Shown piece by piece: positions 57,266 through 64,000 of a stretch of 64,000 nt of DNA (the stretch's first letter is position 1; each line of letters starts with the position of its first letter). Location: NCBI GenBank assembly GCA_965207885.1, contig OZ242311.1, positions 2,176,001 through 2,240,000 on the forward strand, in the 5' to 3' direction. Below the pieces are notes generated by a model. That model worked only from the letters and a program-made list of their open reading frames with translations. It had not been told where the DNA came from and ran no database searches. The DNA is from Candidatus Latescibacterota bacterium. Its GTDB lineage: Bacteria; Latescibacterota; UBA2968. The position numbers were made by a program, and so were the translations under genes.

Positions 57266-58959
57266 CGCGTGTCTCCACTAGATTGGGTTGTGTGTTTCGG
57301 AGTATTTTCGCTTCTCTTTTCCAATTCTTCGGCAATTTCGTCCATCAGGACAGCCAGTTGCAGGATATTGTCGCTCGTGACTGAGCCAAGAAATACACCT
57401 GTGTCTCCATCTGTGATTGGGATTACGGACAACGAATGATCCGTCATGCGCTTGAGCACGTCTTCAATTGGCTCATCGGGCTGAGCCTGCGGCAAATCTG
57501 TGCGCAACACAGTGCTCAGGCGCAGGTTTGCCCGCAAACGCGAGGACATTGCCTGCAGGCGGGGAAGCGAGACGATTCCTACAACCTCGCCGCGATCAAC
57601 CACGAGATAATCCCGTTGATTTGGCACGGGCCAGTCATTGATAAAATCCTCTGCCGAGAGCGCAGAATTGGGATATGTGCGCGTGCTGTCCATGACGTGG
57701 TTGACAGTAATATCCTGCATTGCGCGGCGGGCATAAGAAACCGGTATGGCGGTGGGTAGCTTGGCGCGATGCGTTTTTTTGGCTCCGGTAATTGCCAGGT
57801 CAATGGCTTGCGGCATCAGCACAATATAGCCGAACATCATAAGCACGAATAGCGAGAAGACATCCTTACCGATCACGCCGCTCTCGAAGAGAACGAGGAG
57901 GAGCGCGATCTCCGCCACGCCCTTTGCCATTAGTCCCGTGGCCTGGGCAAGGGGATTATCCAGACGTGCCACATAAGTGCCGATGAAGGCACCGGCGAAT
58001 TTGCCTAACGATGGGAATACGACCAATGCGACGATGGTCGCGATTGGCAGGGTCGTAAAGGACAGGTCCAGATGCAGGCCAGCCGAGGCAAAGAAGAGCG
58101 GGACAAACAAGCCCTCTGCTGCGCTTCGCAGGCCGGGCATAACGTCTGCATGCACTTGACGGGGCAGACCCGATAGGGCAGCGCCAAAAAGCAGTGCGCC
58201 AATGGAGCCGTGCAGGTGGATTTTTTCGGCACCTACCACCATCAAGAAAAGTCCACCAATTAGCAGTCCAAACGACAGTTCGGGTACATTCAAAATGCGC
58301 TGCAAGAAGACAATTGCATGTGGCAGAACCCTCGCCGATAGGAACCACACCAATATTGCGAAACCCGCTATTTGCATCAGCAGAATAATTACGCTGGCAA
58401 CACTCAGTTCGTATTCATGCGCGCCAATTTCGCTGATGGAGAACCCGACCACGAGCAGGGCGATCACTTCGGCGATAATTACGGTGGTGAATATTTCGAG
58501 GCCGATGGGTTCTTTAAAATGTCCTTTGTCGGCGAACACCTTTGCAACAAGACCCAGACTGGACAGCGACAAGATGCCAGCCAGAGCCAGCCCCTCTGTG
58601 AAACCGAGATTAAGGGAGAATTCCCCGATTTCGAAGAGGCTGGATGTGAAGGCGATGGAGATGAGCAGTGAGATGAGCACAGACACAATCGCTGCGACAA
58701 AAAACCGCCCGCGAATAGTCGCTACAAAACTCGGTATATCAATCTCGTCAAGGCCAACCAGAAAAAAGAAGACAAAGATACCGATACCCAGGAAGGTTTG
58801 CAGTTCGCTCGTTAGTTCAATTATATTTAAGACGGGACCAAGCAGGGTGCCGGTTATGGTATAGGCGACGATTGAATTTAAGCCAAAACGCTTAAAAACG
58901 CCCTCGAAGATCTTACCTAAGACGATAAGCAGACCGAGGGGTAGTAAGGCGTCAATCAT
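57262..58959 (-). CDS. Cation:proton antiporter (CPA2-like) with C-terminal CBS pair
   Basis: FLVGLDE, LSLSSLGLV, FVPLFFASAG, AKGVAE; CBS-like C-terminus. Confidence 0.85.
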   Translation of the reverse strand: MIDALLPLGLLIVLGKIFEGVFKRFGLNSIVAYTITGTLLGPVLNIIELTSELQTFLGIGIFVFFFLVGLDEIDIPSFVATIRGRFFVAAIVSVLISLLISIAFTSSLFEIGEFSLNLGFTEGLALAGILSLSSLGLVAKVFADKGHFKEPIGLEIFTTVIIAEVIALLVVGFSISEIGAHEYELSVASVIILLMQIAGFAILVWFLSARVLPHAIVFLQRILNVPELSFGLLIGGLFLMVVGAEKIHLHGSIGALLFGAALSGLPRQVHADVMPGLRSAAEGLFVPLFFASAGLHLDLSFTTLPIATIVALVVFPSLGKFAGAFIGTYVARLDNPLAQATGLMAKGVAEIALLLVLFESGVIGKDVFSLFVLMMFGYIVLMPQAIDLAITGAKKTHRAKLPTAIPVSYARRAMQDITVNHVMDSTRTYPNSALSAEDFINDWPVPNQRDYLVVDRGEVVGIVSLPRLQAMSSRLRANLRLSTVLRTDLPQAQPDEPIEDVLKRMTDHSLSVIPITDGDTGVFLGSVTSDNILQLAVLMDEIAEELEKRSENTPKHTTQSSGDTR

Positions 58960-59192
58960 AGGTAGGGTCTCATCAATTGTTGGAGATTTAACCAGTCAAG
59001 GTGGGGTGAATTATACGCGTATTTGATATGAAAAATAAACCGACCCCCAAAAAAAGCAAGCCTTTCTCACGCCCTTTGCCCAGCGTTTATATAATGCTTG
59101 ACAAGGTGCGATTTTTTCCCTATCACATCGCTTTGTTCATGCTGTTCGCAAACCGTCATCACATACAACACAGTAACTCTGGAGATTGCGCT

Positions 59193-60503
59193 ATGAGGCA
59201 CACATGTATTCTATTTGGCCTGATATTTCTCGTTGTGGGCTGTAAACCCGCTGAGTCGCCGACACCTGTGGAGCGCGCTATAACAATATGGTGGGCGCAG
59301 TGGGATCCCGCGGATGGGCTTCAGGAATTGGGCGATAAATTCGAACAGGAAACGGGTATTGCCGTTAAAGTCCACCAGATTCCCTGGCCGTCTTATCAGG
59401 ATCAGGTCTTTCTCAATTTTGGGAATAATAAAACGGATTTTGACATTGTAATTGGCGATAGTCAGTGGATTGGACGAGGCGCAACGCGCGGTCTTTACGT
59501 CGATCTGACCGACTGGTTGCCCACGGCAATTGATATAGACAAAATTCATCCCCGCGCCGCGCGTTATTTGTGCGAATATCCGCCCGGTGGTGGCAAATTC
59601 TACGCCGCGCCATGCGAGACCGATGCCATCGGATTTGTCTATCGCAAAGACTGGTTTGAAGACCCTGCCGAGCAAGCGCCATTCAAAGAAAAATATGGGC
59701 GGGATCTGACGATTCCCGACAATTGGGATGAATTCCGCGATCTGGCTGAATTTTTCCATCGTCCAGATCAAAAACAATACGGCTGTGCTTTGCTCACCGG
59801 CCGAGGGTATGATTCGATGACGATGGGCTTTCAGATGTTTATGTGGGGTTTTGGAGGCTCGTGGGGTGAGTTTGGCGACTTTGCGGTGAATGGGTATGTC
59901 AATAAACCGGAAGTGGCAGAAGCCCTTGCGTATCTGAAGGAGTTGTTACAATACGGTCCCAATGGCGCGACCAATTTCGACTATGGCAAAACCTTCGAGG
60001 CCTTTATCAATGGTTCGACGGCTATGAGCATGAATTATTTCGCCTTTTATCCCGGTATTGTGAAACAGATGGGGGACAAGGCGGGGTTTTTCATGGTGCC
60101 CAAAGCCGGCGACAAGCGCGTGGTGAGTCTGGGGGGACAGGGGTTCAGTATTTCGACCAAAACGTCCGCAGAGCAACAAGAACTGGCCAAGCAATTCATC
60201 GCGTGGTTCTTGCAAACGGATATTCAAAAAGAATGGATTACCAAAGACGCCGGATTTACCGCCAATACGGATATTCTCAATAGCGATGAATTTCGAAATG
60301 CATCGCCGTATAACCGCGCTTTTGCAGAATCGCTCGATTATCTCCAGGACTTTTGGAATGCGCCTGTTTACAACGAGTTGCTCGCGGTCTCACAGCGTTA
60401 TTTGGGCGAAGCGATTGACGGGGTTACGCCCGCGCAGGAAGCCCTTGACAAAATCGCTGCTGAACACGAGCAGATTTTCAAAGATGCCGGTTTGTTGAAG
60501 TAA
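59193..60503 (+). CDS. Sugar ABC transporter substrate-binding lipoprotein
   Basis: Lipobox VVGC; FDIVIGDSQW, YRKDWF, PDNWDEF, LGGQG. Confidence 0.9.
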   Translation: MRHTCILFGLIFLVVGCKPAESPTPVERAITIWWAQWDPADGLQELGDKFEQETGIAVKVHQIPWPSYQDQVFLNFGNNKTDFDIVIGDSQWIGRGATRGLYVDLTDWLPTAIDIDKIHPRAARYLCEYPPGGGKFYAAPCETDAIGFVYRKDWFEDPAEQAPFKEKYGRDLTIPDNWDEFRDLAEFFHRPDQKQYGCALLTGRGYDSMTMGFQMFMWGFGGSWGEFGDFAVNGYVNKPEVAEALAYLKELLQYGPNGATNFDYGKTFEAFINGSTAMSMNYFAFYPGIVKQMGDKAGFFMVPKAGDKRVVSLGGQGFSISTKTSAEQQELAKQFIAWFLQTDIQKEWITKDAGFTANTDILNSDEFRNASPYNRAFAESLDYLQDFWNAPVYNELLAVSQRYLGEAIDGVTPAQEALDKIAAEHEQIFKDAGLLK

Positions 60504-60532
60504 TCATAACTCAAAAAGGAAAGTACAACTCT

Positions 60533-61567
60533 ATGTCCTCTTTTAAAACGCCAGAAGACATCAAAGTGGGTGTTATAGGCTATGGCGGCGCATTCAATAT
60601 GGGCCGCCAGCATCTCACGTTTATGAAAAAGGCGGGTATGACGCCTGTTGCGGTTGCAGAACTCGACGAAACGCGCTTGAAAGTCGCGCGCGAAGAATTT
60701 CCCGGTATCGAGACCTATACATCTGTGTCTGATATGCTGGAAAAATCCGGTGTCAATCTCGTTGTGATCATCACCCCGCACAATACCCATGCCGATCTGG
60801 CATTGCAATGTCTGCGCGCGGGGCGCCACGTTATCAGCGAAAAGCCACTGGCGATTACGACTGAGGAATGCGATGCGATGATCCGCGAAGCCGAAAAGCA
60901 AAACCTCCTTCTTTCCACCTATCACAACCGCCATTGGGATGGGTGTATCCTGAAAGCTCTTGAACAAATTCACCAGCGCAAGGTTATTGGGGAGGTCTAT
61001 CGCATTGAAGCCCACATGGGAGGATACAATCGACCGGGCGACTGGTGGCGCAGTAGCAAGAGCATTTCTGGGGGGATCCTCTACGATTGGGGTGTTCACC
61101 TTCTCGAATATTCGCTCCAAATTCTGCAATCGGATATTGTGGAGGTTACCGGGTTCGCGCACACCGGTTTCTGGGCTGATGAGACCCGCTGGCAGGACGA
61201 TACCAATGAAGATGAGGCCACAGCTATTGTGCGTTTCAAAAACGGAACGTGGATCAATCTCACGATGTCGAGTATCGCATCTGCACCCCGCAAGGGCTGG
61301 CTCGAGATTACCGGTACGGCCGGTACTTATATTTTTGATGGTGGGACGTACGAAATTTTACAGATAAAAGATGGAGAAAAGATTGTCTCCTCTGGCAAAA
61401 ATCCCAGCCATCAATACGATAAATACTACGATAATATTGCCGCACATCTCTCGACGGGTGAAGACCTGATTATCACGCCCGAATGGTCTCGCCGCCCCAT
61501 TCACATCCTGGACCTTGCCTGTAAAAGCGCAGCGATGGGGCAGGCGCTCAAGGCGAAGTACGCATAG
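60533..61567 (+). CDS. Gfo/Idh/MocA family oxidoreductase
   Basis: GVIGYGGAFNMG, HVISEKP, GGILYDWGVH. Confidence 0.92.
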   Translation: MSSFKTPEDIKVGVIGYGGAFNMGRQHLTFMKKAGMTPVAVAELDETRLKVAREEFPGIETYTSVSDMLEKSGVNLVVIITPHNTHADLALQCLRAGRHVISEKPLAITTEECDAMIREAEKQNLLLSTYHNRHWDGCILKALEQIHQRKVIGEVYRIEAHMGGYNRPGDWWRSSKSISGGILYDWGVHLLEYSLQILQSDIVEVTGFAHTGFWADETRWQDDTNEDEATAIVRFKNGTWINLTMSSIASAPRKGWLEITGTAGTYIFDGGTYEILQIKDGEKIVSSGKNPSHQYDKYYDNIAAHLSTGEDLIITPEWSRRPIHILDLACKSAAMGQALKAKYA

Positions 61568-61585
61568 GTGTTGGCAAATACACAG

Positions 61586-61630
61586 AAAAAGCGACCAATG
61601 TCTCTCGACAAAGGCCGCTTTTTTTATTTT
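61586..61630 (+). terminator. Intrinsic terminator at the core/island boundary
   Basis: AAAAAGCGACC..TGTC-tctc-GACA..GGCCGCTTTTTTT. Confidence 0.65.
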
Positions 61631-61870
61631 AATTTTGGCAATTAGCTTTATAAAGCCTTCCTTGTAACTGATTTTCCCGTAATGTGTTACAAGAATATAT
61701 ACTGAAAGATAGTCAGAAACAAGCTTGATTGTTAGTTGGTTGTAGGCTTATCCACGTAAGCCTGAATTCGCTACCCGAAATTCAATCAAAATATAGCCAG
61801 GAATGGCTTTGGACTGGCAATGAAGAAGGGCACGCTCTTGTGGAACGTGCCCTCTCGACCAACCTGTATT

Positions 61871-61945
61871 TTACAGGTCGATCCGTATAGCTATGACGAT
61901 CTTCCAGACTCGGATAGCCATTGCGACAATGATTGTACGTCTCAT
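61871..61945 (-). CDS. 24-aa hydrophobic/basic peptide, candidate type I toxin
   Basis: AAAAGGAGaactggcaATG then MRRTIIVAMAIRVWKIVIAIRIDL*; own promoter upstream and a structured 3' region. Confidence 0.55.
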   Translation of the reverse strand: MRRTIIVAMAIRVWKIVIAIRIDL

Positions 61946-62034
61946 TGCCAGTTCTCCTTTTCTCCCTCGCGGGATTCGGAGTGATAAACAACAACTGGCT
62001 ATTATGTAATCTCAGAGCTATTATATCTGATTCA

Positions 62035-62063
62035 AATATACATAGGTTTGTGAGGCTTGACAA
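62035..62063 (-). promoter_or_regulatory. Sigma70-like promoter for the small peptide gene
   Basis: Minus strand TTGTCA-17 bp-TATATT. Confidence 0.5.
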
Positions 62064-62080
62064 GCAATCAAAATAGGGCA

Positions 62081-62359
62081 TCATCTCCTTTCACGATGAT
62101 CTTTGCCCATCTTGTATGCTGTTGCTACTGATATTAACCACACGATAGTCCAGATTACATTGTCTTCGCCAAACACATCACATAACGCACCAAATATATC
62201 TAGATAAAACCAAAAGAACACGCTTATATGAGTCACAACATTCCATAGAATTTTCTTTGCTCTTTTCGACGGGTCTGAAGCAAAAACAAGTATTGCACTG
62301 AGAAAGAAAAGTGGCAGATTTATAGAAAACAATATGATAAGTATTTCACTCGTATCCAT
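62081..62359 (-). CDS. Small multi-pass membrane protein, hypothetical
   Basis: RBS AAGGA; three hydrophobic segments. Confidence 0.6.
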   Translation of the reverse strand: MDTSEILIILFSINLPLFFLSAILVFASDPSKRAKKILWNVVTHISVFFWFYLDIFGALCDVFGEDNVIWTIVWLISVATAYKMGKDHRERR

Positions 62360-62408
62360 AAATAAAGTCCTTACTAAATACCCAAACGTTCTTCACAAGT
62401 CAATCGGT

Positions 62409-63218
62409 TTAATCGTTCCCCCATCCGTGATACGAAAGATGCTTATATACAACGTCTGCCCATACTTCAAAATGAGCCGCTTTCTGATACTGATATAAAT
62501 TGGGCGGTCTCGTATGTGGATGATAAGTGTTTAGCCAAATAATCTCCATCTCTCCAACCGTTATTAGATAAACATAGCACTCATCTACGCAGGTTTCAAG
62601 TCTCTCTGCTGATCCGTAGCAGTCCTGCTCGCCATTGTAAATTCCACTTTCAACGACTGCTTGTGCCATTCTACCTTGCGTTACAAGTATATCAGGAGAC
62701 AAGATTTCAATTTCTTTAGGTAGAAACTTCCTGCAATTATTAAACATCGTTATTGATGCCATTGCGTTTCCCTTGTTATTCTGACAGCACTTTGCACTGT
62801 TGGTATGTGCGAAGTAAGAACCAACTTTCTTGAATTGCAGGCTTGGTCGAAATCTCCTTAGAAGCATCCAAGCAAGTATATGTGTTTCTTGCCAATGATC
62901 GCCTTTTGGTAGCGATAACGGATCATCTCCTACAACTTCAATGTTGTCTATCACAGTTAATGCCCTTTTGTATGGGTCTTTGTCTGCTGACCCAGGATCG
63001 AGGGAGACAAATAAGACTCTCGGTAATTTATTCTTGATATAATCCGCTCCAATAGTTGGTTCAGTTGGTCCTACAAAGTCAGGATTCCCGCCTTTGCATT
63101 CTTTACAATGGACACAGTTGAACCTATTGGCAGATATACCTTTTGATTCATAATAAAATCTTAGTCTCCTAATCATTCTATCACAAAACCATTGTCTTAT
63201 TCTATCTACATTGTTCAT
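62409..63218 (-). CDS. Uracil-DNA glycosylase superfamily protein (divergent)
   Basis: LFVSLDPG, HTNSAKC, NCRKFLPKEIEILSPDILVTQG, TYHP; N-terminal CxxCxxC; RBS AGGAG. Confidence 0.7.
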   Translation of the reverse strand: MNNVDRIRQWFCDRMIRRLRFYYESKGISANRFNCVHCKECKGGNPDFVGPTEPTIGADYIKNKLPRVLFVSLDPGSADKDPYKRALTVIDNIEVVGDDPLSLPKGDHWQETHILAWMLLRRFRPSLQFKKVGSYFAHTNSAKCCQNNKGNAMASITMFNNCRKFLPKEIEILSPDILVTQGRMAQAVVESGIYNGEQDCYGSAERLETCVDECYVYLITVGEMEIIWLNTYHPHTRPPNLYQYQKAAHFEVWADVVYKHLSYHGWGND

Positions 63219-63228
63219 CTTGATGCTC

Positions 63229-63756
63229 CTATCTGTGAAGTTTCCAAACATAGTCAGTCGAGAATGTCCAACCAAACGATTGAGGATTGCTTGACAACCT
63301 GTAATAATTCCAGAGTATCCTTGCCGCTTCATCAGTGACAGTATTCAAATGTTGCTTGAACAAATACGTCCTCGTCTCATTAGAAGGAATTGTATCCGTA
63401 ATAGCAACATTAAAAGACTTCAATCCTCGACTGCTAAAAGTTGCTGGTTCATCCATTTCTACACTCAATCTGGCAAGGATAAGTCTCAACGGTTCCCTAC
63501 CCGTTTTGACTACACAACGAATTAGAAGGAATTGCAAATTGTTTCTGTCCAATCCACCAGCGGTAACGTAACCGTGTATAAGCGCGTTAGGGCGGTCTTT
63601 CTCATATACCCGAAAAGCGTCACGGGATATAACTGTATCGCGCTTAGACGCCTTAACTTGCGCCCCTTCAGCGTATAGCACGTTGTTGTGTCGGACTTGA
63701 GCAAAGGCATTGCTCGACAACAATAGCAACAAGCCTGACAATGCTAAAACTTTCAT
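63229..63756 (-). CDS. Exported hypothetical protein
   Basis: Signal peptide MKVLALSGLLLLLSSNAFA; RBS GAGGAG. Confidence 0.65.
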   Translation of the reverse strand: MKVLALSGLLLLLSSNAFAQVRHNNVLYAEGAQVKASKRDTVISRDAFRVYEKDRPNALIHGYVTAGGLDRNNLQFLLIRCVVKTGREPLRLILARLSVEMDEPATFSSRGLKSFNVAITDTIPSNETRTYLFKQHLNTVTDEAARILWNYYRLSSNPQSFGWTFSTDYVWKLHR

Positions 63757-63760
63757 TTAA

Positions 63761-64000
63761 TTACTCCTCTATGAAGTGTATCCCTTCTAACGACCAAGTA
63801 CCAGTATCCGTATTGTGATCGAATGCAACACTTACGTCTATATCCATTTCGGCACCTACTCCGATTTCAACATAGGTAATAGGGTATCTAATGAGGACTC
63901 GACATATAAACGCATTGCCTTTCCTTGAAACTGCTGTTGTTCTACTGCTCCCACTCCAAGCAGGCCAGTAGCTCGGAAAGTCTGTTAATCGACGATTTAT
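63761..64000 (-). CDS. Hypothetical protein, C-terminal part (starts beyond the window)
   Basis: Frame open from the window end: INRRLTDFPSYWPAW...TWSLEGIHFIEE*; its last codons contain the RBS of the next gene. Confidence 0.55.
   Translation of the reverse strand: MNRRLTDFPSYWPAWSGSSRTTAVSRKGNAFICRVLIRYPITYVEIGVGAEMDIDVSVAFDHNTDTGTWSLEGIHFIEE

Noticed and set aside
61782-62084. Track ORF of 100 aa
   Set aside because: No recognisable protein features. It spans the promoter, RBS and hairpins of the 24-aa ORF in another frame, which has much better expression signals.
61782-64000. Integron cassette array (co-oriented AT-rich orphan genes)
   Set aside because: Intergenic gaps are 4-50 bp with RBS coupling, and I see no RYYYAAC...GTTRRRY attC structure.

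Overview
Gene-dense bacterial chromosomal window with a mid-GC core and visibly AT-richer ends. The core is dominated by carbohydrate and sulfate catabolism: 4 Cys-type sulfatases, 4 Gfo/Idh/MocA oxidoreductases, 2 sugar-phosphate isomerases, a PhyH dioxygenase, a TonB-dependent receptor, a sugar ABC binding protein and a dockerin-like protein. This content resembles Latescibacterota/Gemmatimonadota/Poribacteria-type diderm bacteria (inference only). Housekeeping genes include nadA, hisI, prs, manC, ltaE, trmY and an mraY paralogue. The left end holds a restriction-modification locus (N4C/N6A methyltransferase plus a partial Bpu10I-like endonuclease). The right end is an AT-rich accessory island with a uracil-DNA-glycosylase-superfamily gene. 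Several signals are missing from the ORF track. (1) An AhpC/TSA-like gene read through an in-frame UGA at the catalytic Cys position (probable selenoprotein, UxxS), with an internal ~30-aa duplication. (2) A complete histidine attenuator (49-aa HHTHH leader, antiterminator, terminator) whose first regulated gene is a SAM methyltransferase placed ahead of hisI. (3) A 24-aa hydrophobic peptide gene with its own promoter and RBS and a 3' fold-back onto its start codon (type I toxin-like). (4) A consensus sigma54 promoter with palindromic enhancer sites ahead of an orphan ABC permease. Also notable: an MpaB/Lcp-type oxygenase + MMPL + LolA-like + outer-membrane barrel operon, a Tat-exported tailspike-like beta-helix protein, and a tandem phosphoesterase duplication with a catalytic His-to-Asn change. 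No rRNA, tRNA, CRISPR array, transposase or integrase was seen. All product calls come from motif recognition by eye; no searches were run.
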